From Pirellulales bacterium (GTDB taxonomy: Bacteria > Planctomycetota > Planctomycetia > Pirellulales > PALSA-1355), in contig CAVTBU010000005.1 in the NCBI GenBank assembly GCA_963733035.1, positions 1,568,001 to 1,632,000 on the forward strand: a stretch of 64,000 bases of DNA, in the 5' to 3' direction. The notes beneath the pieces are model-generated. The model was not told the origin of the DNA, did no database searches, and worked only from the letters and a program-made list of their open reading frames with translations. Every line of letters begins with the position of its first letter. Positions within the stretch are counted from its first letter, which is position 1. A program made the translations under genes and the position numbers. Shown one piece after another: positions 38,316 to 49,576 of the stretch.

Positions 38316-39119
38316 CTATTTGCCCTGAAAATTTGGCGGTCGTTTTTCTAGAAACGCGTGCATGGCCTCGGCCACGTCGGCCGTGCCGATGAGTTGGCTT
38401 TGAGCCCAGCGCTCGATGGCCATTTGGGTATGTTTGGGCAGACCGTCCCCTTGGTCGACAATGAGCTTGGCCAGCCCCACGGCCAACGGCGCATTGGCGG
38501 CAATATCGCGGGCGAGCGAGACGGCACCGTGCAATTGGCTTCCATTGGGCACGACACGATTCACCAGTCCCCAGGCCAGGGCCTCGTCGGCCGCGATGCT
38601 GCGCGCGGTCAGCAGCAGATCCTTAGCGCGGCTGGGCCCCACGGTGCGCGACAGCCGCGTCGTGCCGCCGACGTCGGCCACCAGTCCCACGCGCGCTTCG
38701 GGTATCGAAAGCTGACAATCCTCGGTTGCCACGCGCAGATCGAAGGCCAACGCGAGTTCGAGTCCCAGGCCCATCACTTGGCCTTGCATCGCCCCGATCA
38801 CGGGCACCTCGGTGGCTTCGATGACGTTCAGCGCGTCTTGCAGACGATCGGCCAATCGCCGTAATGCGCGAGCGGGATTCTTCGCGAGCGAAGCTCCCAG
38901 CGATTCGGCCAGCGCGCCGATGTCGATGCCGGCCGAGAACACCGGCCCCTCGGCATGCACCACAACGGCCCGCACCTCGGGGTGATCGTCGGCCGTGCGG
39001 ACGGCGGCAGCTAAAGCGTCGATCATTTCCGGCGTCAGCGCGTTGCGTTTCTTGGGCCGATCGATCGCAACCAGCAAAAGGTTGTCGTCGATTCGCGTGG
39101 TGATGTGCTCGGCGGTCAT
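38316..39119 (-). CDS. Enoyl-CoA hydratase/isomerase family protein
   Basis: DRPKKRNALT, FSAGID, GLGLELALAFD, PEARVGL and AFLEKRPPNFQG. Confidence 0.93.
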   Translation of the reverse strand: MTAEHITTRIDDNLLLVAIDRPKKRNALTPEMIDALAAAVRTADDHPEVRAVVVHAEGPVFSAGIDIGALAESLGASLAKNPARALRRLADRLQDALNVIEATEVPVIGAMQGQVMGLGLELALAFDLRVATEDCQLSIPEARVGLVADVGGTTRLSRTVGPSRAKDLLLTARSIAADEALAWGLVNRVVPNGSQLHGAVSLARDIAANAPLAVGLAKLIVDQGDGLPKHTQMAIERWAQSQLIGTADVAEAMHAFLEKRPPNFQGK

Positions 39120-39280
39120 GTTCGGCTCCGAAGGGCGGTGTGACGGGTGACGGTTGTGACGCGAAGGCGGTTTGCCGGTGAAAGCTGGCGTCTGGGCTCG
39201 GCCAAAGCCGATGGGCTATTATTGTCCTGTTAGTGAGCGAACGGGAAGACGTTTTCAACAGCTTTTGTCGAGTGGGAACG

Positions 39281-40909
39281 ATGGCGGACTCTTACGATGC
39301 GATCGTGATCGGCGGTGGGCACAACGGCCTGGTGACGGCGGCCTACCTGGCACGCGCCGGCAAACGCGTGTGCGTGCTCGAGCGGCGGAGCGTGCTGGGA
39401 GGCGCCGCCACGACCGAGGAACTGTGGCCTGGCTACAAGGTGTCGACCGCCGCTTACGTGGTGAGTCTGCTGCTGCCGGAGATCATCGGCGAACTGAGGC
39501 TGGCCGAATACGGCTTCAAGGTTCTGCCGCGCAGCCCGTCGAGTTTCACTCCGCTGGCGGACGGCCGCAGCTTGCTGATGGGACCGGAACCGGGACTCAA
39601 CCAGCGAGAGATTTCCCGATTCAGCACGCGCGACGCCGAACGATTCCCGCGCTACGAGACCCTGCTGGAACGCGTGGCACAGTCGCTCGAGCCGGCCCTG
39701 TCGAGTCCGGCTCCCGACTTGCTGCCGCTCCCTTCGACTTGGCGCGAGCGCGGCCTGGGCAAGCGGCTGCGCGACGGCAAGATTGGCTGGAACCTGTACC
39801 GCGCGCTCGGTGCGCTGGGCAGCGATCTGCCCGAGGCGATTGAGCTGTTGACCGGCGCGGCCAGGCCAATTCTGGACCGCTGGTTCGAGAGCGACGTGCT
39901 CAAGGCGACCCTGGCGACCGACGCGATCATCGGAGCATTCGCGCCCATTTCCGCGCCGGGAAGCGCCTACGTGCTGCTGCATCACGTGATGGGCGAGGCC
40001 GGTGGGGCGCGGGGCGTGTGGGGGTATGTGCAAGGGGGCATGGGGGCGCTCGCAACGTCGCTAGCCGCCGCGTGCCGCGACTTGAAAGTGAAGATCGTCC
40101 GCGAGGCGCCGGTCCAACGCATTTTGGCCGCAGGCGGACGCGTGAACGGCGTGGCGTTGGAAGACGGACACACCATCAATGCGCCCGTGGTGGCCTCCAG
40201 CGTCGATCCACATTGGACGTTCGAGCGGTTTCTCGACCCCAGTGATCTTCCGGCTGATTTTCTCGCCGCCGTGAAACGCATCGACTACGCTTCGGCTTCG
40301 GCCAAGATCAACCTGGCACTTTCGGAGCCGCCACGGTTCGCAGTGAACGATCGGCCGGTGGACGCCGATGGCTTGGGAGCCCATCATCACGGCACGATGC
40401 ACATCGGACCGTCGCTCGAGTATTTGGAACGAGCCTATGATGACGCCAAGTATGGTAAGTTCAGCGACGAGCCAATTCTCGAATTGACGATGCCCACCAG
40501 CGTCGACCGCACGATCGCGCCGCCGGGCAAGCACATCGTGTCAATATTCGTGCAGTACGCACCGTATCAGCTGGCCGAAGGCGATTGGGATAGCCAGCGC
40601 GAGACGTTCGGCGATCGGTGCATCGAGGTGCTGGCACGCTTTGCGCCGAACGTGCCTGGCGCGATTTTGCATCGGCAGGTGCTGACGCCACTCGACCTGG
40701 AGCGCACGTTTCGCCTGACCGGCGGCAACATCTTTCAAGGGGCGATGAGCCTTTCGCAACTGTTCTCGCTGCGCCCCGTGCCTGGCTGGGCCGACCACCG
40801 CACGCCGCTGGCTGGCCTCTATCTGTGCGGCGCCGCGTCGCATCCCGGCGGTGGCGTAATGGGCGCCTGCGGAAAAAACGCGGCCGCCGAGATTCTTCGC
40901 GACGATTGA
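39281..40909 (+). CDS. Phytoene desaturase-like FAD-dependent oxidoreductase
   Basis: YDAIVIGGGHNGLVTAAYLA, GGMGAL, TPLDLE, GGNIFQG and LYLCGAASHPGGGVMG. Confidence 0.9.
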   Translation: MADSYDAIVIGGGHNGLVTAAYLARAGKRVCVLERRSVLGGAATTEELWPGYKVSTAAYVVSLLLPEIIGELRLAEYGFKVLPRSPSSFTPLADGRSLLMGPEPGLNQREISRFSTRDAERFPRYETLLERVAQSLEPALSSPAPDLLPLPSTWRERGLGKRLRDGKIGWNLYRALGALGSDLPEAIELLTGAARPILDRWFESDVLKATLATDAIIGAFAPISAPGSAYVLLHHVMGEAGGARGVWGYVQGGMGALATSLAAACRDLKVKIVREAPVQRILAAGGRVNGVALEDGHTINAPVVASSVDPHWTFERFLDPSDLPADFLAAVKRIDYASASAKINLALSEPPRFAVNDRPVDADGLGAHHHGTMHIGPSLEYLERAYDDAKYGKFSDEPILELTMPTSVDRTIAPPGKHIVSIFVQYAPYQLAEGDWDSQRETFGDRCIEVLARFAPNVPGAILHRQVLTPLDLERTFRLTGGNIFQGAMSLSQLFSLRPVPGWADHRTPLAGLYLCGAASHPGGGVMGACGKNAAAEILRDD

Positions 40910-40952
40910 TAACGATCGATTCGAACTTGTTTTGGATTGCCGCACGGGCAGC

Positions 40953-41378
40953 CTAACGAACGCAGACTTCGCGCACTCGCTTGGAGCGCAGCAAGTAGGC
41001 CGTCCACAGGCCCGCGACCACGCACTGCGCGAGGAACACCAAGGCGGTGAAAGGCAGATCGTACTCGTATCCTGAGAAAATTTCGTAGCCGACGAACGCG
41101 ATGCTCAACAGCACGTTGGCGATCAAAATTGAAATCATGATCGGGACAAAAAGTTTCCGCCGCCCTAGCAACAGGAATAACGCCAGGGCGCAGAACGCGG
41201 AAACGCCCACATCGGTCAATACGTCCAGGCGATCGGAGGAAGTGGATTGAGGCTCAAGCGTGAAGAGCCTGGCGAAGCCCGTAACCACATTAAGCGTCAG
41301 ACCGACCGCCAATAGCCCGAGCCAGAATCCGAAAGAGGGCAAGTTTTCCGCCTTCGCCGTGCTGGAAGCTGCGTCCAT
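40953..41378 (-). CDS. Small four-TM membrane protein (DUF2569-like)
   Basis: Four hydrophobic segments and C-terminal WTAYLLRSKRV. Confidence 0.7.
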   Translation of the reverse strand: MDAASSTAKAENLPSFGFWLGLLAVGLTLNVVTGFARLFTLEPQSTSSDRLDVLTDVGVSAFCALALFLLLGRRKLFVPIMISILIANVLLSIAFVGYEIFSGYEYDLPFTALVFLAQCVVAGLWTAYLLRSKRVREVCVR

Positions 41379-41645
41379 TTGAGATTCTCCCACTACAGAG
41401 GGTTTGAGTGTCCGGGGAGGCCTGCGGCCAACCATCTACTAGTAATAATGGGTGGTATGATAATGTCCATTGAATGGAGTGTCAATATGTACACTTACTG
41501 TCGAGCGACGTGAGCCGCATCGCACGTCATTTGTTCAACTTTTCCAGCCGAACTGCCGCCGCTTTGCCCGACCTGCTGGCTCGGTTATCTTATTAGCTGG
41601 CGTTGATCTGTTCGTTCTCGCTGAGATCGTGGAGGGCCGGCCCAC

Positions 41646-44600
41646 GTGGTCAAGGAGTTGCACTGCGAGTACGTTCTGAGGCGGGCATCGATGTTGGCCG
41701 TGGCGTGTCTGGTGCTGGGAGCCACCGGCTCGACTGCCGACGCGTCTGCCAAGGTCGATTTTCTGCGCGACGTGCAACCGATCTTTGCCGAGCACTGCTA
41801 CCAGTGCCATGGTCCCGATGAGCAGGAGGCCGGGCTGCGACTCAACCTCCGCGACAAGGCACTCGCCGGTGGAGATTCGGGCGTCTGGTTCGTACCCGGC
41901 AAAGCGGGCGAAAGTGAAATCGTCCGCCGCGTCACCGCTGGCGACGATGAACGGATGCCCCCGGCAGACGCTCAGGCCAAGCCGCTCTCGGCCGCACAAA
42001 TCGAAACGATTGAGTCCTGGATTGACGCTGGCGCCGAGTGGCCCGAGGCCAATGCGGCGGGGAGCAATCACTGGGCTTTCCAGCCAATCGAGCGTCGGCC
42101 AGCGCCGTCCGTGAAAGAAGAAGCCTGGGTTCGCAATCCGATCGATCGCTTTGTGCTTGCGCGGCTCGAAGCCCGCGGCATCGCTCCATCGCCCGAAGCC
42201 GACCGCTACACACTCATCAAACGTTTGTCGTATGATTTGCTGGGGTTGCCGCCAACGGTGGCCGAGGTGGACGCCTTTGTGAACGATCCCGGGCCGGATG
42301 CTTACGACCGGCTGGTGGATCGATTGCTCGATTCACCTCGGTTTGGTGAGCGATTTGCCCGACACTGGCTCGACAAGGCCCGCTATGCCGACTCAGACGG
42401 CTACGAAAAAGACAACCCACGCCCCGATGCGTGGCGCTATCGTGATTGGGTGATCGATGCGGTCAACCGCGACCTGCCGCTCGACCAGTTCACGGTTGAG
42501 CAGTTGGCCGGCGACCTGCTCCCAGAGGCCGGTCCACTCGATCGTTTGGCGACGGCCTTTCATCGTCAAACGCTCACCAACACGGAAGGGGGCACCGACC
42601 AGGAGCAGTTTCGCGTCGAGGCGATTTTCGACCGCGTGGCCACGACCGGCACGGTGTGGCTGGGCCTGACGGTGGGCTGCGCACAATGCCATTCGCACAA
42701 GTACGACCCAATCACGCACCAGGAATACTATCAACTTTTCGCGTTCTTCAACAACGGCGACGAAACGCAATCCGATGTGCCGCTGGTCGGCGAGCCGCTG
42801 ACAAAATGGCAGCGAGAAAAACAACAGGCCGAAGCCAAGCTGGCAACCTTGCGCCCGCAACTCGAAAAACTGCGCAGCGACCGCGCTGCGGGATTGGCAG
42901 CCTGGGAAGCCGAGCTCAAGGTCGCGCCGCCCGTTTCGATCGAATACCATCCCGTCGAGTTGGTAAGCGCCGCGTCGAGCGCGGGCGCCGAAATCAAGAC
43001 GCTCTCTGACGGTTCGTACCTGATCGCCGGCAAGAATCCCGATGTTGATCGGCTGACGGTGGTCGTGAAGACGGAACAGCCGGAAATCAGCGGTTTGCGG
43101 ATCGAAGCGCTCGCGCACGATTCGCTGGGTGGCCGTGGGCCGGGACGGACCGATCACGGCAACTTCGTGCTCGGTGAGTTCAAGGCGTTAGCTTCGCCGG
43201 ACGGCAAATTCAAGGACGACCAGAAGGTGGCGCTAAAGTTTGCCGAGGCCGACTACAACCAGGACGGTTTCGCGCCGCAGGCGGCCATCGACGGTAATGA
43301 AAAAACGGGTTGGGCCGTGGGCGGGCAGACCGGCCGCGACCACCGGGTCGAGTTCTTTACCGAGAAGCCGATCGACACGAAATCCTCGCCCTGGCTGCAA
43401 CTGACGCTCAGTCAGAACTACGGCGGACAGCACACGCTGGGCAGGTTCCGCGTTTCGGCCGTGACGGGCAATGATCCCCTGCGTGGCGTTCCCGAGAAGA
43501 TCCGCGCTTTGCTCGCGACGCCGACAGAAAAGCGAACGGCCGAGCAAACGGCCGCACTGACCGACTATTACGTTCGTCGCGACGAGCAAGTCGATAAGCT
43601 GGCCGATGAAATCGCCAAGCTCGAACAGCGCGTGACGGCCGAGCCGGTGATGAACGTCCGCGTGATCAGCCAGCGCACGAACGAACCTCGCTCCAGCCAC
43701 ATCTTGTCCCGTGGCGACTTTTTGAGCCCGGCGGCGGAGGTTCAGCCCAATACGCTGGCCATATTGCCCCCAATGGCGCCACGCGCCAAAGGTTCGGCCG
43801 ATCGACTCGACCTGGCCCGCTGGCTGGTCGATCCGGCCAATCCGCTTACCCGCCGCGTGATGGCGAATCAGCTCTGGTCGCATTTGTTCGGCCGCGGCAT
43901 CGTGCGAACGCTCAACGACTTCGGCGTTCGTGGCGAGCGACCGACGCATCCACAATTACTCGACTGGTTGGCTTGTGAAATCGACGCGCGCGGCTGGAGC
44001 CGCAAGGACATGCTGCGGTTGATCGTTTCCTCGGCCACCTATCGGCAAAGTTCGGCCAGCCGGCCGGAGTTGGCCGAGCTTGACCCGCTCAATGATACGT
44101 TCTATCGCCAGAACCGCTACCGCGTGGAGGCCGAGTTGGTGCGCGACCTGACGCTGTCGGTGGCCGGCTTGCTTTCGGACAAGATCGGCGGGCCGAGCGT
44201 GTTTCCGCCAATGCCCGAGGATGTTGCGGCGCTCAGCTATGCAAACAACTTCAAGTGGAAAACCAGCGATGGCGAAGACCGTTATCGCCGCGGCATGTAC
44301 ACGTTCTTCAAGCGAACGGCGCCGCATCCGAATCTCGTGACTTTCGACTGCCCGGACGCCAACACCACCTGCGTCGAGCGCCGCGCGTCGAACACGCCGC
44401 TGCAAGCACTGACAACCCTGAACAATGATACGTACATCGAAGCCGCGCAGGCGATGGCCCAACGTGCATTGCAGTCCGACGCGACGGACGATCAAGGGCG
44501 CTTGCAACGGGCGCTACGATTGTGCATTGCCCGCCCGCCGCGACAGGATGAGTTGGCAGCGTTTGCCGAACTGCTGAGCGACAGCCGCGGCTGGTACGCC

Positions 44601-44732
44601 CAGCGCACCGAAGAGGCCAAGTCGACCGTCGGATCCTATGGAGTCAGCGGTGTTGCGGCGGAGGAAAACGCCGCTTGGATCGCGACGGTGCGCATGATGA
44701 TGAACCTCGATGAGTTTCTGACGCGCGAATAG
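41646..44732 (+). CDS. Planctomycete cytochrome c / PSD1 (DUF1549-DUF1553) protein
   Basis: CYQCH, HWAFQP, NPIDRF, DLLGLPPT, CAQCHSHKYDP, HPQLLDWLA and NTPLQAL. Start may be ATG 41691. Confidence 0.93.
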   Translation: MVKELHCEYVLRRASMLAVACLVLGATGSTADASAKVDFLRDVQPIFAEHCYQCHGPDEQEAGLRLNLRDKALAGGDSGVWFVPGKAGESEIVRRVTAGDDERMPPADAQAKPLSAAQIETIESWIDAGAEWPEANAAGSNHWAFQPIERRPAPSVKEEAWVRNPIDRFVLARLEARGIAPSPEADRYTLIKRLSYDLLGLPPTVAEVDAFVNDPGPDAYDRLVDRLLDSPRFGERFARHWLDKARYADSDGYEKDNPRPDAWRYRDWVIDAVNRDLPLDQFTVEQLAGDLLPEAGPLDRLATAFHRQTLTNTEGGTDQEQFRVEAIFDRVATTGTVWLGLTVGCAQCHSHKYDPITHQEYYQLFAFFNNGDETQSDVPLVGEPLTKWQREKQQAEAKLATLRPQLEKLRSDRAAGLAAWEAELKVAPPVSIEYHPVELVSAASSAGAEIKTLSDGSYLIAGKNPDVDRLTVVVKTEQPEISGLRIEALAHDSLGGRGPGRTDHGNFVLGEFKALASPDGKFKDDQKVALKFAEADYNQDGFAPQAAIDGNEKTGWAVGGQTGRDHRVEFFTEKPIDTKSSPWLQLTLSQNYGGQHTLGRFRVSAVTGNDPLRGVPEKIRALLATPTEKRTAEQTAALTDYYVRRDEQVDKLADEIAKLEQRVTAEPVMNVRVISQRTNEPRSSHILSRGDFLSPAAEVQPNTLAILPPMAPRAKGSADRLDLARWLVDPANPLTRRVMANQLWSHLFGRGIVRTLNDFGVRGERPTHPQLLDWLACEIDARGWSRKDMLRLIVSSATYRQSSASRPELAELDPLNDTFYRQNRYRVEAELVRDLTLSVAGLLSDKIGGPSVFPPMPEDVAALSYANNFKWKTSDGEDRYRRGMYTFFKRTAPHPNLVTFDCPDANTTCVERRASNTPLQALTTLNNDTYIEAAQAMAQRALQSDATDDQGRLQRALRLCIARPPRQDELAAFAELLSDSRGWYAQRTEEAKSTVGSYGVSGVAAEENAAWIATVRMMMNLDEFLTRE

Positions 44733-44767
44733 CCTCAAAGTCTGCTACCCATTGGAAGGCCAAGACC

Positions 44768-46268
44768 ATGGAATCGCATCCGCTGGTTGAGCACACCCGA
44801 CGTAACTTCCTGACGAGCGCCGCCAGCGGGCTGGGTGCCGTAGGCCTCATGCAAGCGCTGGCCGGTGATGGGTTGTTTTCGGCGGCCCACGGGGCCACGG
44901 CCGAGCAGGGCGCGTCGGGTGACATCAATCCGCTCGCGCCAAGGCGCCGCATTTCGCGCCCAAGGCCAAGAGCTGCATCTTCATCTTCATGGCCGGGGCG
45001 CCCAGCCACATCGACCTGTTCGATCCCAAGCCGAAGCTCAATGAGCTGAACGGGCAGGCGCTGCCCGAGTCGATGGTCAAAAACGTCCGCTTCGCGTTTC
45101 TGAAGAAGGACACGGCGCGGCTGATGGGCTCGAAGCGAGTCTTCACCAAGCACGGCGAGTGCGGCATGGAGCTATGCGACCTGCTGCCCCACATCGGTAG
45201 CGTGGCCGACGATCTGCTGCTGGTGCGCAGCATGCATACCGATCAGTTCAACCACCACCCGGGCCAACTGTTGATGCAGTGTGGCAGGGCCACGTTCGGT
45301 TTGCCCTGCATGGGATCCTGGCTCACCTACGGGTTGGGAAGCGAGTCGAAGAACCTGCCGGGCTACGTGGTGCTCACGGCCGGACGCGGTTCGAGCGGCG
45401 GCGCCACCCTGTGGCAAAGCGGCTTCTTGCCGAGCGTTTACTCGGGCGTGCTGTTTCGCAACCAGGGCGAACCGGTGCTCAACTTGCGCACTCCGGCGGG
45501 AATTCCCGACGCGTTGCAGCGCAAGGGGCTTGACGTTTTGGGACGGGTCAATCAGGCCCGCTTCGAGCAGATGCACGATCCGGAAATCGCCAGCCGCATC
45601 GCCAGCTACGAGCTCGCCTTCCGAATGCAATCGGCCGCGCCAGAACTGATCGACCTGGAGCAAGAAACGCAGGCTACGATCGACGCCTACGGACTCGACC
45701 GCAAGGAGCCAGAGGCCAAGGGGGGACGTAGCGGCGGGCCAGGGCAGTTCCGCTCGTTCGCTTCGAACTGCCTGCTAGCGAGGCGAATGGTCGAGCGTGG
45801 CGTACGCTTCGTCAACATCATTCATGCCTCGTGGGATCATCACTCGAATCTTGATGTCGAGCTCCCCTTCAACGCCGAGATGGCCGACCAGCCGATCGCC
45901 GCGCTGATCAAGGATCTCAAGCAGCGCGGCCTGCTCGACGAGACGTTGGTGGTGTGGGCCAGCGAGTTCGGCCGCACGCCGCTGGGCGAGAACCGCAACG
46001 GCTCGGAGATGGTGACCGGCCGCGACCACCACCCGTTCGCCTTCAGCATCTTCATGGCCGGCGGCGGCATCAAAGGGGGCAGGTCTACGGCGAGACCGAC
46101 GAAATCGGCTGGGCCCCGGTGAAAGACCCGGTGCACATCAACGACTTCCAGGCCACGCTATTGCACCTGTTCGGCATGGACCACCTGAAGCTAACCCACC
46201 GCTTCCAAGGCCGCGACTTCCGCCTGACCGACGTACGCGGGAACGTGATTGATCGGTGGTTGGCGTAG
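44768..46268 (+). CDS. DUF1501 protein with Tat-like leader (frameshifts near 44940 and 46080)
   Basis: TRRNFL leader, [42 protein letters not shown] and RDFRLTDV, spread over three frames. Confidence 0.9.
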
Positions 46269-46585
46269 CGATCGACGTTTCCACAGCGTTAGTCGGAAAT
46301 TGCGGGCCGTACAACCTTCCAAGTTGCCATGCGATGGCCCCAGACGTCGATCTCAGGTCCCTTTCCAACGGTGCAAACGAACACCTGCCCGCAGGCCACA
46401 CACATTTCCATGCGAAGGTAATTCCGGGGCGATCGGGCGAGTTATCGCAATAAAGGTCCGCCAAATCACCACCCTCTCGTCCCATTTCCGTATCAACCAT
46501 CCATTGGGTGAATTCCTCTGATTTGGCGAAGGAGCGATCCGTGCAGAACCGAGGCGCAGGTTGGATATCCGATCGTGTGATTCAT

Positions 46586-47833
46586 CTAGCGACCCGGCGT
46601 CGTGGCTGATCCGATACAATAAAGATACTTGTTCGAGCGGATGAAGAGCTGACCCTGGCAGGGGACGATGGCCGAGCGGAACAGTTCATCGCTGCCGCTT
46701 TCGAGTTTGCTTTCGCCGATGGTTTTCATTTGCGGGCCCGGTTCGATGACGATCGTGTCCCCCTCTTCGCTGTGGAAGTAGGCACGTCCTTCGGCCACCA
46801 GCGGCGTGGTGGAAAACTTCGGACCGATCCGTTCTTTCCAAAGTTCCTTGCCGTTGGCGCAGTCGTAGCACACCAGCACGCCGGCCATGCTGCAGCCGAG
46901 TAGATAATCGCCGACGACGACGGGGGAGGGCAGATCGCGGCCCGCGCGGCGTGGCGTGTGCCACTCGCGATGCGTATGCGGTAACGTCGCCCGAGCCGCC
47001 GGGCGCACGCAGTAGATGTCGCCCGAAAGGCCGTTAATGACATAGAGCTTGCCGTGGGCAAAGGCCGGCACCGGTTCGCCGCGGCCGTTAAAGCCCTTAC
47101 AGAACCAGAGCTCCTTGCCCGTCTTCGGATCATAGCTCCGCACTCCAGTGTGGCTGTTCAGAATCACCTCCTCGCGCTCGGGCGTTCTGATAACAATGGG
47201 CGTGCTCCAGCCGCGGATGACCTGCCGCGGCGCTTGCCACACGGTCTCCCCGGTGCGGGCGTCGACAGCCAACACGCTCGACTCGGGCGACTCGCTGTCG
47301 CAGTTCTGGATGATCGTGTTGCCGTAGAAGATCGGGCTGGCGGCCGTGCCCCAGGGGCCGGCGAACTCGCCGAGGTCGCGTGACCAAAGCGGTTTGCCGT
47401 CGAGCGTATAGGCGTGCAAGCCACCCTTGCCGAAAAACGCGACCACGATCTTGCCGTTCGTCGCGCAGGTGGCCGAGGCGTGACCGTTCATGTTGTGGCT
47501 GCGCTCGGGCTCGCCGGTCCAGGCAATTTGTTCCCAAAGCGTGGTGCCATTGCGGCGATCGATCGCAAAGACCATTCGCTGCCGCCCGCCATCGAGCGCG
47601 GTGGTTAGAAAGATCGAGTCGCCCCAGATGCAGGGCATCGATTGGCCGAACCCCTTTAGTTCGGCTTTCCAAATGACGTTGTCGGCCGTCCAGGCAGTGG
47701 GCAAACCGGTTTCCGCGGTATGGCTGGAGCCGTCGGGGCCACCCCACCGTGGCCAGTTGACTTCCGCACGGGCCGTAGCGATCCACGCCAAACACATGGC
47801 CAACACGACCATTCCGACGATTGCCTTTCTCAT
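46586..47833 (-). CDS. PQQ-binding-like beta-propeller protein
   Basis: NWPRWGGP, LPTAW, GKPLWSRDLG, WSTP and GKELW. A short compensated frameshift is likely near 46980-47005. Confidence 0.88.
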   Translation of the reverse strand: MRKAIVGMVVLAMCLAWIATARAEVNWPRWGGPDGSSHTAETGLPTAWTADNVIWKAELKGFGQSMPCIWGDSIFLTTALDGGRQRMVFAIDRRNGTTLWEQIAWTGEPERSHNMNGHASATCATNGKIVVAFFGKGGLHAYTLDGKPLWSRDLGEFAGPWGTAASPIFYGNTIIQNCDSESPESSVLAVDARTGETVWQAPRQVIRGWSTPIVIRTPEREEVILNSHTGVRSYDPKTGKELWFCKGFNGRGEPVPAFAHGKLYVINGLSGDIYCVRPAARATLPHTHREWHTPRRAGRDLPSPVVVGDYLLGCSMAGVLVCYDCANGKELWKERIGPKFSTTPLVAEGRAYFHSEEGDTIVIEPGPQMKTIGESKLESGSDELFRSAIVPCQGQLFIRSNKYLYCIGSATTPGR

Positions 47834-47959
47834 GCGCACGATGCAACTCCTGGCTGTAGAAACGGGAACCTGGAAAGACGAACCCCTGCGGGTCGAGAAA
47901 GTTCCGCTGCCTGGCGGACAATCGTCACGCGGTGGGAGCAACCAGCAGTCGGGCCGCAA

Positions 47960-49270
47960 CTATACCAACTCAACGATCGGCGTGCCTTGTTCGATCATAT
48001 TCACCGGCCGGCCGGCGTTGTTGATGAATTGCGTGTCGCGGGGAATCCCCAGCACGTGAAACACGGTGGCCATCAGATCCTGCGGTCGAATGGGCGCACT
48101 GCGGGGAACGTCACCCTTGGGCATCGACTCGCCAACAACCTGCCCGGTGTTCAAGCCGCCGCCTGAGAGCGCCAGCGTGCTCAACGGAGCCCAATGGTCG
48201 CGGCCGGCGTTTTTGTTGACCTTGGGCGTGCGGCCGAACTCGCCGGTAACGACCAGCAGAATGCGGTCACTCAGCCCGCGCTGATGCACGTCCTTGACGA
48301 ACGCGGCAATCGCCTGATCGAGGCTGGGGCTGAGCTTTTCCATGCGCTTCTTGATGCCGTTGTGCATGTCCCAACCGTTGTAAGACAGCGTGACGAAACC
48401 GCAGCCCGCCTCGCACAGCCGCCGGGCACGCAGCAGTTGTTCGCCAAGCCCTTTACCGTAGGCCGCGCGGGTCTTCTCGCTCTCTTTCTTTACGTCGAAC
48501 GCCTCGGGGGCTCCGCCAAGCACCAGGTTGAACGCCTGCTGTTCGAAGCGGCTCATCCCTTCCATCGCGCCGGAAGCATCGACCTGGCTATTGAGCCGGT
48601 CGAGGCTCGCCAGCAGAAAGCGGCGGTTGCCAACCCGGTTTTCGGGCACCGCCAGCGATAGATTCTTGAGTGCCTGGCCGTTGGGATCGAACGGGCTGTA
48701 AGCCGCGCCGAGAAAAGCGGGCCCGTCAATGCCCGAGCGAAGCCGATTCAGGGCCACATACGTCGGCATTCCCGTGACCGCATGATTACTTCCGCGCACG
48801 CGGGCCACGATCGAGCCGATCGAAGGTCGGGCCGGGGCGCCGCCGTTGTCGATGTTGCGGTTGTCGTAGCCCGTGTTGACGTAGTGCGTGCCCCCCACGT
48901 GCCCGCTATTGTTGTGAGCGAACGAGCGGACGAAGGCCATCTTGTCGGCCACGCCAGCAATTTTGGGGAACGTGCCACCGATCGTGACGCCGGGCAATCG
49001 AGTTTTGACCTCGCCGGTCGTGCTGCGATATTCCGACGGGGCGCGCATGTGCGGGTCGAACGTTTCGACGTGCGTGGGTCCGCCCGCCAACCAAACCCAA
49101 ACGATGGAAGTTTCCTTGACTGGTTTGCCCGCGGCCTTGGCCTGGGCGCGGGCGGCCAGCAGCTGTGGCAACGTAAGCGCGCCAGCTCCCAAGGCTCCGA
49201 TCTTCAGGAAGTCGCGGCGGGCAATGCCTTCACAATCTCGGGTCCCACGGTCAGTGAACAGTTCCAACAT
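47960..49270 (-). CDS. DUF1501 protein
   Basis: RRDFLKIG, WLAGGPTHVETFDP, ARRLCEAG, WDMH, GEFGRTP and GRDHW. Confidence 0.92.
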   Translation of the reverse strand: MLELFTDRGTRDCEGIARRDFLKIGALGAGALTLPQLLAARAQAKAAGKPVKETSIVWVWLAGGPTHVETFDPHMRAPSEYRSTTGEVKTRLPGVTIGGTFPKIAGVADKMAFVRSFAHNNSGHVGGTHYVNTGYDNRNIDNGGAPARPSIGSIVARVRGSNHAVTGMPTYVALNRLRSGIDGPAFLGAAYSPFDPNGQALKNLSLAVPENRVGNRRFLLASLDRLNSQVDASGAMEGMSRFEQQAFNLVLGGAPEAFDVKKESEKTRAAYGKGLGEQLLRARRLCEAGCGFVTLSYNGWDMHNGIKKRMEKLSPSLDQAIAAFVKDVHQRGLSDRILLVVTGEFGRTPKVNKNAGRDHWAPLSTLALSGGGLNTGQVVGESMPKGDVPRSAPIRPQDLMATVFHVLGIPRDTQFINNAGRPVNMIEQGTPIVELV

Positions 49271-49576
49271 GGCCAAAGCTCCTTCGGCTGTGCGTACGCC
49301 GTTTTCGCGGGAGGGCAGGGCGAGGCGGGAAGTAAAACCGATCAGCGTCAGCTTATGTTTGGCAGTATAGCGCCATTCATTAAACCGTTCAACGTTGCCA
49401 TCGGACTGCTAAATCCGGTTCACCTACCCCCCGAAAGTTTGCAAGAGAGCGGCCAAGTCGGCTAACATGCGGCAAGCTGCCCGCGGCGACGCCGGAACGC
49501 GCCCCGGGAAGGACCCGGCCGAGGAGATTTGCGTCGGGTCCGCATCTCACAACGCTCAATTCGAGGGGAGGTTGTC

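Noticed and set aside
39281..40909. Carotenoid biosynthesis cluster
   Set aside because: A lone desaturase-like oxidoreductase with no synthase or other crt/hpn genes nearby.
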